DNA of 64,000 nt from Candidatus Gottesmanbacteria bacterium. Its GTDB lineage: Bacteria; Patescibacteriota; Microgenomatia; UBA10105; UBA927. Shown here piece after piece: positions 8,730 to 19,165 of this stretch. Position numbers and translations under genes: made by a program. How positions within the stretch are numbered: the stretch's first letter is position 1; each line of letters opens with the position of its first letter. The notes below the pieces were generated by a model. That model was not told where the DNA came from. It saw nothing but the letters and a program-made list of their open reading frames with translations, and searched no databases. The stretch lies in the NCBI GenBank assembly GCA_963714095.1, contig OY970230.1, forward strand, positions 959,907 through 1,023,906, in the 5' to 3' direction.

Positions 8730-10049
8730 ATGATCCTTGCTAAAACCGACCCGGAGATTGCCAAACTTATTGCTGCAGAAGAAAAACGCCAGAAAGACGT
8801 GCTGGAGATGATTCCGTCTGAGAATTACGCATCTGCTGCGGTACGGGAGGCAATCGGGTCGGTGTTAACAAACAAATACTCCGAAGGATACGCGTACAGG
8901 CGGTATTACCAGGGAAACCGTTTTATCGATGATATTGAAATTCTTGCGATCGAGCGGGCTAAAAAGCTGTTCGGTGTTCCGCACGTCAATGTCCAGCCGT
9001 ACTCGGGGTCTCCGGCAAATTCCGCAATTTACTTCGCTCTTCTTAACGCAAACGATACCATCATGGGCCTTAAACTTTCAGCCGGCGGGCACCTCACGCA
9101 CGGGCATCCGGGAGTGACATTTTCCGGCAAGTATTTTCAGTCAGCCCAATATGATGTCGAGGCTACTGGCGAGATTGATATGGATAAGGCCGCTGTGTTT
9201 GCAAAAACGGTGAAACCACGGATTATCGTTGTCGGCACGACTGCGTATCCGCGTATTTTCGATTGGAAACGGTGGCGCATGATTGCGGACAGCGTTGGCG
9301 CATATTTTCTTGCGGATATTTCCCACATCGTGGGTCTTGTAGTAGGAGGCGTACATCCGTCTCCGGTGCCGTACGCAGATTTGATTATGACCACCACGCA
9401 TAAAACGCTTCGCGGCCCGCGCGGCGCGATGATTCTGGTAACGAATCAGGGGTTGAAAAAAGATCCCCAGATGGGAGATAAAATTGACAAAGCTGTTTTT
9501 CCGGGGCTCCAGGGCGGGCCGCACGATAATGTTACGGCAGCAATCGCGGTGGCGCTTAAGGAAGCGGGGACACCGACATTTAAGAAATACACCGAGCAAA
9601 TCGTTGTAAATGCAAAAATTCTGAGTGAAACATTACTGAGCGAGGGATTTACGCTTACGACCGGAGGCACGGATAACCATCTTATGGTTGTTGATTTGCG
9701 TCCGCAGGGAGTCGTGGGAAACATTGCAGCTGAGGCGTTAGAGGCAGCAGGAATTGTTGTAAACCGGAATAGCGTACCGCACGATCCAAATCCGCCATTT
9801 TACCCATCAGGGATCCGGCTCGGTACGCCTGCCATTACAACCAGAGGAATGAAGGAAACGGAGATGAAGGTGATTGGGAAGTGGATTGCGGAAGTCATAA
9901 AAGAAGTTTCCGGTAGTCCGTTACCTGGGACAAAGGAAGAACGCATCGCGTATCTTAAAAAATTCCGTTCATCTGTTGCAAAAAATAAGCATCTTGCCAA
10001 AATTTGCGCGGACGTCAAAACCCTCACCACGCGCTTCCCTTTGCCGTAA
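8730..10049 (+). CDS. glyA: serine hydroxymethyltransferase
   Basis: NKYSEGY, GGHLTHG, TTTHKTLRGPRG. Confidence 0.98.
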   Translation: MILAKTDPEIAKLIAAEEKRQKDVLEMIPSENYASAAVREAIGSVLTNKYSEGYAYRRYYQGNRFIDDIEILAIERAKKLFGVPHVNVQPYSGSPANSAIYFALLNANDTIMGLKLSAGGHLTHGHPGVTFSGKYFQSAQYDVEATGEIDMDKAAVFAKTVKPRIIVVGTTAYPRIFDWKRWRMIADSVGAYFLADISHIVGLVVGGVHPSPVPYADLIMTTTHKTLRGPRGAMILVTNQGLKKDPQMGDKIDKAVFPGLQGGPHDNVTAAIAVALKEAGTPTFKKYTEQIVVNAKILSETLLSEGFTLTTGGTDNHLMVVDLRPQGVVGNIAAEALEAAGIVVNRNSVPHDPNPPFYPSGIRLGTPAITTRGMKETEMKVIGKWIAEVIKEVSGSPLPGTKEERIAYLKKFRSSVAKNKHLAKICADVKTLTTRFPLP

Positions 10050-10069
10050 CATTGTGCTATAATCCTTTT

Positions 10070-10165
10070 ATTACGCATACTCGAGAATGTATCTCTCCCG
10101 TAAAGGGCATCGAGTAGAAGGTTAAGAGATACGCGAAATAGAAGGCGCGTATCGCGCCATTTTTT
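10070..10165 (+). promoter_or_regulatory. structured rpsB 5' leader (S2 autoregulatory-type)
   Basis: TGCTATAAT at 10055-10063; crossing helices TACTCGA/TCGAGTA and GTATCTCT/AGAGATAC plus CCC-gtaaa-GGG hairpin. Confidence 0.6.
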
Positions 10166-11026
10166 ATGGAAGAAATAACGTTACAGGCACTTTTGGAAGC
10201 AGGTTGTCATTTTGGTCACAAGGCCGAACGGTGGCATCCCAAGGCAGCGCAGTTTATTTATACAAAAAAAGACGGCATCCATATTATCGATTTGGCAAAA
10301 ACCAAAACGGGATTGGAAGCGGCGGCAGCGTTTGTTAAAGATCTGGCAAGTCAGGGTAAGGAAGTCGTGTTTGTAGGTACCAAGCGCCAGGCGTCAGGCG
10401 TCGTGAAACAGGAGGCAACAGCGGCAGGTGCCCCGTATTTTGTTGCGCGCTGGATCGGGGGATTCTTAACCAACTGGGACCAGATTAAGAAAAATATCGA
10501 TAAAATTCTCAAAATGGAAGCGGACAGGGCCAGTGGCGCCTGGAAAAAATTTCCCAAACACGAACAGGTGAAAATGGGGCGTTACTTGGACCGGATAAAA
10601 ATTTATTACGGCGGCGTTCTTACTATAAAAGCAATTCCGCAGGCGCTTGTGGTCGTTGACGTGAAAAAAGAAGAGCCGGCTGTGCGTGAGGGGAAACGTG
10701 TCGGCGTGCCGATTGTGGGCATGGTAGACACCAATTCCGATCCGACGCCTATTGATTATGTCATTCCTGCAAACGATGACGCCGTGGGATCCATTCAATA
10801 TATTATCCATATACTCGCGTCCGCGTATGGTGAAGGAAAAGCATTGTGGGAGAAGGCGAATAAGGAAATGGCAGATAAAGCCATAGCTGCGAAAACAGTT
10901 CCCGCACCGACAGCAACACCAAAACCGTCAGTTGCTTCAGAAAAACCAAAAACTGAAGTAAAAAAGGAAGACGTAGCGGCAGAGAGTAAACCAAAACGCG
11001 GCCGACCGAAGAAAAAAGCTTTATAA
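10166..11026 (+). CDS. rpsB: 30S ribosomal protein S2
   Basis: LLEAGCHFGH, FVGTKRQA, DTNSDP, IPANDD. Confidence 0.98.
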   Translation: MEEITLQALLEAGCHFGHKAERWHPKAAQFIYTKKDGIHIIDLAKTKTGLEAAAAFVKDLASQGKEVVFVGTKRQASGVVKQEATAAGAPYFVARWIGGFLTNWDQIKKNIDKILKMEADRASGAWKKFPKHEQVKMGRYLDRIKIYYGGVLTIKAIPQALVVVDVKKEEPAVREGKRVGVPIVGMVDTNSDPTPIDYVIPANDDAVGSIQYIIHILASAYGEGKALWEKANKEMADKAIAAKTVPAPTATPKPSVASEKPKTEVKKEDVAAESKPKRGRPKKKAL

Positions 11027-11033
11027 TTATCGT

Positions 11034-11489
11034 ATGCAGGTAAAACTTGAAGATATAAAAAAACTCCGTGAAGACACGAGTGCGGGCGTATCCGATTGCA
11101 GGCAGGCACTGGAAGACGCCAGTGGCGACTTTGCCAAAGCAAAAAAACTTATTATGGAGCGGGGGTTGGAAAAAGCCGCTAAAAAGGGCAACCGCGAAAC
11201 TTCGCAAGGCCTCATTGAATCGTATGTTCATGCCGGACGGGTTGGAGTTTTGGTTGAAGTCCGATGCGAAACAGATTTTGTGGCCAGGACCGATGATTTT
11301 AAGAAATTAGCCCATGAAATTGCCCTTCAGGTTGCATCCATGAATCCGAAAAACGTGAAAGAACTTTTAGCCAGTCCTTACATTCGCGACGCATCTCTTA
11401 CGGTAGAAGCCCTTGTTAAGCAGACCGTCGCCAAAGTCGGTGAAAATATCACGATCGCCAAATTTACCCGCATTGCGCTGGGGGAATAA
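11034..11489 (+). CDS. tsf: elongation factor Ts (short form)
   Basis: IKKLRE.T.AG..DC, CETDFVA. Confidence 0.96.
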   Translation: MQVKLEDIKKLREDTSAGVSDCRQALEDASGDFAKAKKLIMERGLEKAAKKGNRETSQGLIESYVHAGRVGVLVEVRCETDFVARTDDFKKLAHEIALQVASMNPKNVKELLASPYIRDASLTVEALVKQTVAKVGENITIAKFTRIALGE

Positions 11490-11508
11490 TCGTGATACTA
11501 TTTTTTTG

Positions 11509-12072
11509 ATGATCGAACCCACCATCAACACTGCGCGGGAGAAGATGAGAAAAGCTCTTGACGTGACGCGCATGGATCTTACTTCCATCCGATCAGGGCG
11601 CGCCACCCCCGCACTTGTTGAGAATATTTTTATCATGGCCTACGGCGGGACGCAACGGCTCCGTGTACAGGAATTGGCTACGATTACCACGATGGATTCA
11701 AAAACAATCGTTATCTCTCCGTACGATCCCTCGACGATTGCCGAAATTGAGAAGGGGATTCTGGCCGGAAGCAGCGGATTGACACCGGTTGTTGACAGGG
11801 ACGTGATCCGAATAACGATCCCGCTTTTATCCGAGGAACGGCGGCTCGAATATATAAAACTTGCAAAAGCAAAATTGGAAGGCGGCAGGGTTATGGTGCG
11901 TCAGATTCGGGGTGACGCAATGCGGGAGTTGAAAAAAGCGGAAGAGGCAAAAACGATCTCCGAGGACGAGCGCAAACACGGAGAACGGCTGGTGCAGGAA
12001 TTGACCGATGAAATGGTCGCCGAAATTGATACCATGGGGCAGAAAAAGGAAGCGGAATTGCTGCAAGTTTAG
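11509..12072 (+). CDS. frr: ribosome recycling factor
   Basis: IRSGRATP, PYD, L.EERR; start moved to ATG 11509. Confidence 0.96.
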   Translation: MIEPTINTAREKMRKALDVTRMDLTSIRSGRATPALVENIFIMAYGGTQRLRVQELATITTMDSKTIVISPYDPSTIAEIEKGILAGSSGLTPVVDRDVIRITIPLLSEERRLEYIKLAKAKLEGGRVMVRQIRGDAMRELKKAEEAKTISEDERKHGERLVQELTDEMVAEIDTMGQKKEAELLQV

Positions 12073-12080
12073 ACTTCCCT

Positions 12081-13154
12081 ATGTTTATAAGCACAGTTAT
12101 ATATATCTTTAGCATAGTCGTGGAAACGTTACTCATTTTAAGTGCTCTTGTCCTTATCCATGAGTTAGGACATTTTACCGCTGCCAGACTTATCGGAGTT
12201 AAGGTGGAAGAATTCGGTTTTGGTTTGCCGCCGCGCGCTATTGGTAAAAAATTCCACGGTATTCTTTATTCTCTGAATTGGTTGCCGATTGGGGGATTTG
12301 TGCGCCTTGCTGGTGAAGATGAAGAAGATGAAAAAATAAAAGGTATTAAGGCAAAGGAATACTTTTTTGCACGGAGTAAAAAGGAACGGGCGGCAATACT
12401 GTTGGCCGGTGTATTCATGAATTTTCTCCTTGCCGTGGGAATTACGACCTTTTTATTAACCCAAGGTGTTCAGGAGACGAGCGGACGCGTGCATATTGAA
12501 CAGGTACAGGCAAACAGCCCCGCCCAAAAGGCAGGGTTGAAAGCAAACGACATAGTTGAAGGGTTTAAAACGCCGCAGGATCTTATTACATTTGCCAAAA
12601 CTCATGCCGGCAAGCCCGCGACGTTTACGATTCTGCGTGATAACAAAAATATTCAGATAACCTTGACGCCGCGTACGACGTATCCGTCGGGTGACGGTCC
12701 GGTGGGAATTGTGATTTCGGATTTGGAGACACGGGTGTATCCTATTTCGCAGGCGCCGCTGGTTGCAACGAAAATAAATATTGAACGTGCCCGGGATATG
12801 TTTGTTGCAATTTGGGATCTTCTTGTCCGCATGGTTCACCTTAAACCGGTGGGGCAGGATGTTGCCGGTCCCATAGGTATCGCGGTCGTTACCGGGCAGG
12901 TATTTAAGTTCGGATGGAAGGCAGTACTCGAATTGGTAAGCATGATATCCCTTGATCTTGCAGTGCTTAACGTGCTTCCGATACCAGCAATGGACGGAGG
13001 CAGGCTCGCGTTTGTATTTTTGGAAAAAATTATCGGGAAAAGGGTAAAGCCTGCGTTTGAGCAGTCCATACACCAGATCGGTATGATTGTCCTGTTTATT
13101 CTTATTATCCTCATCTCCATCAATGACATCATGCGTCTCTCCCGCGGCGGGTAA
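12081..13154 (+). CDS. rseP: RIP metalloprotease RseP (M50, PDZ)
   Basis: HELGH, LPIGGFV, NVLPIPAMDGG. Confidence 0.95.
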   Translation: MFISTVIYIFSIVVETLLILSALVLIHELGHFTAARLIGVKVEEFGFGLPPRAIGKKFHGILYSLNWLPIGGFVRLAGEDEEDEKIKGIKAKEYFFARSKKERAAILLAGVFMNFLLAVGITTFLLTQGVQETSGRVHIEQVQANSPAQKAGLKANDIVEGFKTPQDLITFAKTHAGKPATFTILRDNKNIQITLTPRTTYPSGDGPVGIVISDLETRVYPISQAPLVATKINIERARDMFVAIWDLLVRMVHLKPVGQDVAGPIGIAVVTGQVFKFGWKAVLELVSMISLDLAVLNVLPIPAMDGGRLAFVFLEKIIGKRVKPAFEQSIHQIGMIVLFILIILISINDIMRLSRGG

Positions 13155-13171
13155 TGCTATAATAGGGACAT

Positions 13172-14410
13172 ATGCTCTATAGTCAACTTTTTCCTAAAAC
13201 TCAGAAAGCTACTCCGGCAGGAGCTGAAAGTGTCAACCATAAATTTTTGGTGCGCGCCGGGTTTATTGATCAACTCATGGCGGGGAGCTGGACGCTCTTA
13301 CCGCTCGGGTGGCGCGTGGTGACAAAGATTAACAATATTATCCGCGAAGAGATGAATGCTATCGGCGGTCAGGAGATGCTTATGCCGCTTTTGCATCCCA
13401 AAGAACTTTGGAATGAAACCGGCCGGTGGGATAAGGCCGCCGGAATTATGTATAAGCTGAAAGATTCCCATGAACGTGAGTATGCGTTGTCGTTTACCCA
13501 TGAGGAGATCGTTATGGATCTTCTGCGTAAAAACGTGCGGAGTTACCAGGATTTACCGGTGGCGGTGTACCATTTTTCCACTAAATTCCGTAACGAGCCA
13601 AGGGCAAGAAGCGGTATTTTACGGGGCCGCGAGTTTATGATGAAAGATCTCTATAGCGCCCATGTAAGCGAGAAGGATCTCATGGAGTATTACGAGAAAG
13701 TGAAGCTCGCATATGTAAAAATATTTAAACGTCTGGGATTTTCCATCCGCGTGACAGAAGCGGACGGCGGCGTTTTTACCGATAAACACACCCATGAGTT
13801 CCAGGTGCTTTGTGACGGCGGTGAGGATACGATATATTACTGCGGCAATTGTACGTGGGGGAGTAACAAGGAATTAATCGGAGAGAAGGGTGTTTCGGTG
13901 TGTCCTTCATGCGGCAAAAAAGACGTCAGACAGGCAAGAGCTATTGAAGTGGGAAATATATTCCCGTTAGGCAAATGGTACGCCGAAAAAATGGGCGTGT
14001 ACTATACGGATGAAAAAGGGCAAAAGCAGTTGGTGTGGTTTGGAAGCTACGGCATCGGCCCAACCCGGGTGATGGGAGCGTTGGTTGAAGTCTCTCATGA
14101 TGACAAAGGTATCATTTGGTTTCCTCAGGTAGCGCCTTTCGCCGTGCATTTAATTTCACTATCCGGCGGGGAATTAAAAGCGGAGGCTCTGTATAAGCAA
14201 TTGACGAAAGAGGGAATTGAGGTTTTGTGGGATGAGCGTGAGGTATCCGCCGGAACGAAATTTGCCGACGCGGATCTTATAGGCATTCCCGTGCGGCTGG
14301 TTGTATCCAAAAAAACAGGAGAGAACATTGAATTCAAACGACGGAGTGAAAAAAACTTTGATGTAGTAGATACCTCTGAAGTAATCAAGCGCTTGAAATC
14401 TAACTCATGA
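13172..14410 (+). CDS. proS: proline--tRNA ligase (short type)
   Basis: THEE, FRNEPRARSGILRGREF.MKD, GSYGIG. Confidence 0.97.
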   Translation: MLYSQLFPKTQKATPAGAESVNHKFLVRAGFIDQLMAGSWTLLPLGWRVVTKINNIIREEMNAIGGQEMLMPLLHPKELWNETGRWDKAAGIMYKLKDSHEREYALSFTHEEIVMDLLRKNVRSYQDLPVAVYHFSTKFRNEPRARSGILRGREFMMKDLYSAHVSEKDLMEYYEKVKLAYVKIFKRLGFSIRVTEADGGVFTDKHTHEFQVLCDGGEDTIYYCGNCTWGSNKELIGEKGVSVCPSCGKKDVRQARAIEVGNIFPLGKWYAEKMGVYYTDEKGQKQLVWFGSYGIGPTRVMGALVEVSHDDKGIIWFPQVAPFAVHLISLSGGELKAEALYKQLTKEGIEVLWDEREVSAGTKFADADLIGIPVRLVVSKKTGENIEFKRRSEKNFDVVDTSEVIKRLKSNS

Positions 14411-15234
14411 AAACCATTGTTGCGCATATCGGGCCGGATTTGGATGCTATTGCCGCCATCTGGCTTATTAAGACGTTTTTCCCCGGCTGGGAGGAAGCGA
14501 TGCTGGCGTTTGTGCCGGCAGGTACCACGCTGGAAGACAAATCTCCTGACGATAACCCCGAAATTATCCATGTGGATACGGGGTTCGGAAAATTTGACCA
14601 TCATCAAAATAATGATGACACGTGTGCCGCATTGAAAGTATACGAAGAGGTCAAACGGATTCATGGTGCAGACTCCGCAATGGAACGGTTACTCGCGGTT
14701 GTGAACGACGTAGACCATTTTCGCGAGGTATTTTTTCCCAATCCGACAGCGGATTTTTGGGACCTGGGACTGGTGACCCAAATTGACGGCTGGCGGCTTA
14801 TATATAGCGACAATCCCATCAAAATTGTGGACCTCGGAATGCAGGCGCTCGATGGCATTTATAAAACATTTCAGAATAAAGTCTGGGCGGAAAAAGAATT
14901 AAAAGAAAAAGGTGTGGAGTTTATTACACAATGGGGGAAAGGGATTGGTGTGGAAACAACCAATGACGAGGTCGTGCATCTGGCGCAGAAAATGGGATAC
15001 GCGGTTGCGGTCCGTAAGGACTCGAACAAAGGATACCTCCGTATTAAGTCGCTTCCAAAAGATGAGATAGACCTTACGGGGGTGTATAATACGCTCAAGA
15101 GTGAGGAGCCCGACGCCACGTGGTTTTTGCACGCAAGCCGTCATATGGTGCTAAACGGCAGCAGCAAGAATCCCGACATGCGGCCGACGAAAAAAACACT
15201 GCAACAGATTATTGATGTTGTAAAGAAAAAATAA
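14407..15234 (+). CDS. DHH/MYG1-like phosphoesterase
   Basis: H..PDLD, VDTG.GKFDHHQ, WFLH. Confidence 0.65.
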   Translation: MKTIVAHIGPDLDAIAAIWLIKTFFPGWEEAMLAFVPAGTTLEDKSPDDNPEIIHVDTGFGKFDHHQNNDDTCAALKVYEEVKRIHGADSAMERLLAVVNDVDHFREVFFPNPTADFWDLGLVTQIDGWRLIYSDNPIKIVDLGMQALDGIYKTFQNKVWAEKELKEKGVEFITQWGKGIGVETTNDEVVHLAQKMGYAVAVRKDSNKGYLRIKSLPKDEIDLTGVYNTLKSEEPDATWFLHASRHMVLNGSSKNPDMRPTKKTLQQIIDVVKKK

Positions 15235-15237
15235 CTT

Positions 15238-15558
15238 ATGGACTCGTGTATTTTTTGCGACGTCGTTTCAGGGAAATTGCCCAGTACGAAATTGTACGAG
15301 GATGATGACGTTATCGTAATTGCCGATATCCATCCGCAGGCGCCGGTACACTGGCTGGTCATTTCGAGGGCGCACGTGCCGGAATTATTGGAAGTGCCGG
15401 ATGGTTTAGCTGGCAAGATGATGGGGGTGGTCAACAAAATTATACGTGACCAGAGAATTGAGAAATACCGCATCGTGATAAACGGCAAAGGATCGGTATT
15501 GGTTGACCATTTACATATTCACGTTTTAGGGAAAATAGACAAGTTCAGAACGTTGTAA
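15238..15558 (+). CDS. HIT family protein
   Basis: CIFC, DIHPQAPVH, HLHIH. Confidence 0.95.
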   Translation: MDSCIFCDVVSGKLPSTKLYEDDDVIVIADIHPQAPVHWLVISRAHVPELLEVPDGLAGKMMGVVNKIIRDQRIEKYRIVINGKGSVLVDHLHIHVLGKIDKFRTL

Positions 15559-15577
15559 GGAGGTGTTTGTTTATTTT

Positions 15578-15766
15578 ATGGTATTTGTTAAAGCACAACC
15601 AGGTGAAACATCGGATTCTCTTATCCGTAAATTTACACGGAAGGTCCTGTCGGAGGGCATTTTGCAGGATTTGAAGAAACGCGAATTTTATCAGAAACCC
15701 GCCGAAGTCCGTAAAGAAAAGAATAAAGAGTTGAAACGGCGGCTTCGCCATCCGAACCGCATGTAA
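15578..15766 (+). CDS. rpsU: 30S ribosomal protein S21
   Basis: GE..DSLIRKF, KKREFYQKP. Confidence 0.93.
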   Translation: MVFVKAQPGETSDSLIRKFTRKVLSEGILQDLKKREFYQKPAEVRKEKNKELKRRLRHPNRM

Positions 15767-15768
15767 CT

Positions 15769-16209
15769 ATGCTCATGGATAGGTTACAAACTGATCTTAT
15801 AACTTCCCTTAAGGCGGGAAACTCTCCGCGTGTGGAAACTATCCGGTTTTTGATTGCCGGTGTACGCACTTTGGTAAGTGCTAAATACGGCGCCGATTGG
15901 GAGAAGAAAATGACGGACGCAGACGTTGTTGATACTGTGAAGAAGCAGATAAAAACGCACCGTGAGTCCATCGAGGCGTTTGCTCGTGCGGGCCGGCAGG
16001 AATTGGCAGACCGGGAAAAAGCACAACTCGCAATTCTTGAAGAATTTGCACCGAAAGAATTATCTGACGAAGAATTAAAAAAAATATTGGAACCGATTGC
16101 AAAATCAGGCGAAAAAAATTTCGGGTTGCTTATGAAAAATGCCATGGCAGCAACCGCGGGCCGTGCGGACGGCGGAAAAGTCGCAGCACTATTGAAATCC
16201 CTTGTATGA
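15769..16209 (+). CDS. GatB/YqeY domain protein
   Basis: ESIEAF..AGRQEL...E, ADG..V; follows rpsU. Confidence 0.9.
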   Translation: MLMDRLQTDLITSLKAGNSPRVETIRFLIAGVRTLVSAKYGADWEKKMTDADVVDTVKKQIKTHRESIEAFARAGRQELADREKAQLAILEEFAPKELSDEELKKILEPIAKSGEKNFGLLMKNAMAATAGRADGGKVAALLKSLV

Positions 16210-16604
16210 TCACTGTTTTATTTCAAACAGAATCGCATTTTCCCGTAGACCGTAAAAAAATTAAGGCCGCCATCGAAGAGGCTCTCGTGGGTCAGGTACA
16301 TCGTGACGCAGAGGTGAGCGTGAGTGTTGTCGGCGACCGGAGAATGCGGGAGTTGAATAAGAAATATCGACAACTGGACAAGACGACCGATGTGTTGTCC
16401 TTTGGCCTCAATGATCCAACCGTTCAAATTCCCGCAGAATTTGTGGAAGCGCCGGATGATGTCTTGCGCTTGGGCGATATTGTGGTATCGTATCCACAGG
16501 CGGTCGCGGAAGCACGTGAGGAAAATACATTGGTGCATGACAGAGTAGTTTTTTTAGTGCTTCATGGCCTCGATCACTTGCTTGGAAAACATCACGCCGA
16601 ATAA
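16206..16604 (+). CDS. ybeY: rRNA maturation RNase YbeY
   Basis: LN..YR..DKTTDVLSF, LGDI, HGLDHLLG..H. Confidence 0.94.
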   Translation: MITVLFQTESHFPVDRKKIKAAIEEALVGQVHRDAEVSVSVVGDRRMRELNKKYRQLDKTTDVLSFGLNDPTVQIPAEFVEAPDDVLRLGDIVVSYPQAVAEAREENTLVHDRVVFLVLHGLDHLLGKHHAE

Positions 16605-16613
16605 ATAAAAAAT

Positions 16614-17951
16614 ATGTCTTTTTATCGAATTTACCGGCCTCAGGTCATTGAGGAAATAGATAATGTTGCGGTGCGCGAACACTTATTGTCTCTCCTGACG
16701 AAAGAGAAAAAACAGCTTCCCCACGCATTTTTGTTTACGGGTCCGCGCGGCGCGGGAAAAACTACAGCCGCCAGAATTGTTGCAAAACTATTTAACTGTA
16801 CCAAACCCACCAAACACGGTCCATGCGGGAAGTGTGAGCAGTGTACAACAATTGCAGATGGACGGAATCTCGATGTGCTGGAAATTGATGCCGCAAGTAA
16901 CCGCGGGATTGACGAAATCAGGGCACTGCGGGATGCTATTAACTTATCGCCGTCGGGCGCTTCATTTAAAATTTATATCATCGACGAGGTGCATATGCTT
17001 ACGACGGAGGCGTTTAATGCACTCCTCAAAACACTGGAAGAGCCACCTGCCCACGCAGTGTTTGTGCTTGCAACGACTGATCCCCAAAAAGTACCGGCGA
17101 CTATTAAATCCCGGTGCGTCGTTCTTACGTTTCACCGGGCGACAGCCGGCGAACTGGCAGCCGCTCTCAAACGGATTGTCACTGCAGAAAAAATAACTAT
17201 CGATGACGACGCGCTGATACTTCTTGCCGGAAGCGTGGACGGATCATTCAGGGATGCAGTCAAGCTTCTTGAACAGGTGAGTTTCCACAAGGGAAAAATC
17301 ACCGTCGACGTGGTCCGGAAGCTTACGTCACTGAGCGATGAGTCAATACTCACCAATTTTTTTGAAACCCTTGCGAAGAAAGATACAAAAGCATCGCTTT
17401 CACTGATTGAAGGTCTGGTCGCTGACGGCAAGGATATAAGAATATTTCTTGTCGATTGTTTGTCGCATTTGCAGAAGGAACTTATCAACGGCGCGCCCTC
17501 TTCCCGCGAGCTTATCCGCAGATTTACCGAGGCCTATGCTCTGATGAAGGTTTCGCCGATTGCACAGTTGCCGATGGAAGTAGCGGTTGTGGAGTATTGC
17601 GCGGACAGCGTAGCGGTGAAACAAGTTGAGCCGGCAGCGCCCGCAGGGGGGACAGCTCCGCCGGCAGTTGACGATTCGCCGGTACCAGTGGGAATGCTGA
17701 CGCTGGAAAAACTGACGGAACACTGGAAAGATTTTATTGAGGAGCTCAAGCCGTTCAACCATTCCGTAGCAGGAGTTCTGAGGAGTGCTAGACCGAAGAG
17801 TGTCGCGCATGGTATAGTTACGATTGAAGCGTTTTATCAGTTCCATAAGGACAAGTTATCGGAGTCCAAAACAAAAGATGTCCTTATAGCGGTTCTGAAA
17901 AAATTATTCGGCGAAAAGGTAAAAGTAGAGGTAGTGTTAGGAAAAAAATAA
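16614..17951 (+). CDS. dnaX: DNA polymerase III subunit gamma/tau
   Basis: GPRGAGKTT, EIDAASN, IIDEVHML, SRC. Confidence 0.97.
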   Translation: MSFYRIYRPQVIEEIDNVAVREHLLSLLTKEKKQLPHAFLFTGPRGAGKTTAARIVAKLFNCTKPTKHGPCGKCEQCTTIADGRNLDVLEIDAASNRGIDEIRALRDAINLSPSGASFKIYIIDEVHMLTTEAFNALLKTLEEPPAHAVFVLATTDPQKVPATIKSRCVVLTFHRATAGELAAALKRIVTAEKITIDDDALILLAGSVDGSFRDAVKLLEQVSFHKGKITVDVVRKLTSLSDESILTNFFETLAKKDTKASLSLIEGLVADGKDIRIFLVDCLSHLQKELINGAPSSRELIRRFTEAYALMKVSPIAQLPMEVAVVEYCADSVAVKQVEPAAPAGGTAPPAVDDSPVPVGMLTLEKLTEHWKDFIEELKPFNHSVAGVLRSARPKSVAHGIVTIEAFYQFHKDKLSESKTKDVLIAVLKKLFGEKVKVEVVLGKK

Positions 17952-17960
17952 GGAGGCAGT

Positions 17961-18227
17961 ATGATAAATCCGTTTAAAGCATTGGGAGATATGAATGCTA
18001 TGCGTAAGCAGGCAGCGGTTATTCAGGCGGCTCTTGAGAAGGAAGAGTTTGAAATTAACGAAGGGAATGTGCGGATTCTCATTTCCGGCAACCAGAATGT
18101 CCGGGTGGTGGAAATCGACGGGGTCGCCAACGAAACGCTCAAGCGCGCGATTAATGACGCGGTCAAGAAATCCCAGCAGGCCGCCGCCATGAAGCTGACG
18201 GAACTCTCGAAAGAGATGGGCCAATAA
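17961..18227 (+). CDS. YbaB/EbfC nucleoid-associated protein
   Basis: size, position after dnaX, Q..L..EE..G.V.I..SG, AINDA. Confidence 0.85.
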   Translation: MINPFKALGDMNAMRKQAAVIQAALEKEEFEINEGNVRILISGNQNVRVVEIDGVANETLKRAINDAVKKSQQAAAMKLTELSKEMGQ

Positions 18228-18232
18228 TCCCC

Positions 18233-19165
18233 ATGAACGTTGTTATCACAGGAAGCCTGAGTTTTGATTACATTATGGATTTTTCCGGTAGGTTTGCCGA
18301 CCGCATTATGCCGGACAAAATCCATAAGATTTCCCTGAGTTTTCTTGTCGACACCCTCAATAAACAATTCGGAGGGACTGCAGGAAACATTGCATATTCG
18401 TTAAAACTTTTAGGAGTTAATCCAACGATAGTTGCCCCGGCGGGTAATGATTTCAGCGAATATCATACGCATCTTACGTCACGGAAGATTTCAACAGCAG
18501 CAATTCCGATATATAAAGATGTGAAAACAAGTTCCTATTTTGTCGTCACCGATAGGGATGACAATCAGATCGGATCGTTTTATACCGGTGCGATGAAATA
18601 TGCGGGTAATCTTTCTCTCCCAAAAACCGCTGATTTTGTGGTTTTGGCTCCGACTGAGCCGGATGCGATGAAAAAGTATGTCGCCGAGTGCAAAAAACGC
18701 CGTCTTTTGTATCTGTATGACCCGGCATTTCAAATCGGGAATTTTACAGCAGACGAGCTTCGCGAGGGTATTATTGGTGCAAAAATTTTAATCGGAAATG
18801 ATTATGAAATTGCGCTTATAGAACAAAAATTGGGAATCTTTCACAAAGAACTTGCCACTATGGTGCCCATTCTTATTACCACAGTAGGCGCAAAAGGTTC
18901 CGTCATCGAAACGCAAAAAGAGAGCATTCACTGTAAAGCGGCAAAACCGAAAAATACAATCGATCCGACCGGAGCAGGGGACGCATTCCGGTCAGGATTT
19001 CTTGCCGGATACCTGCGTGGATATGATTTACAAGTATGTGGTCAGATGGGATCGGTTGCCGCAGTCTATACTGTAGAGACATACGGGACGCAAACGCATT
19101 GGTATACGAAGAAGGAATTTATTAAACGGTATAAGGAGAATTTCGGGCAAACCATAACGCTATGA
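18233..19165 (+). CDS. PfkB carbohydrate kinase, adenosine-kinase-like
   Basis: GSLSFDYIM, FGGTAGNIAY, DPTGAGDAF. Confidence 0.88.
   Translation: MNVVITGSLSFDYIMDFSGRFADRIMPDKIHKISLSFLVDTLNKQFGGTAGNIAYSLKLLGVNPTIVAPAGNDFSEYHTHLTSRKISTAAIPIYKDVKTSSYFVVTDRDDNQIGSFYTGAMKYAGNLSLPKTADFVVLAPTEPDAMKKYVAECKKRRLLYLYDPAFQIGNFTADELREGIIGAKILIGNDYEIALIEQKLGIFHKELATMVPILITTVGAKGSVIETQKESIHCKAAKPKNTIDPTGAGDAFRSGFLAGYLRGYDLQVCGQMGSVAAVYTVETYGTQTHWYTKKEFIKRYKENFGQTITL

Noticed and set aside
11413-11508. N-terminal extensions in the ORF track (frr; also 40982-41206, 46867-47127, 27758-27835, 54327-54407, 60005-60079)
   Set aside because: They overlap neighbouring genes; family homology begins at the downstream ATG, which often has its own -10 box
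11034-12072. Short EF-Ts and missing pyrH between tsf and frr as novelty
   Set aside because: Short EF-Ts forms and pyrH loss from this operon are known in several lineages with reduced genomes
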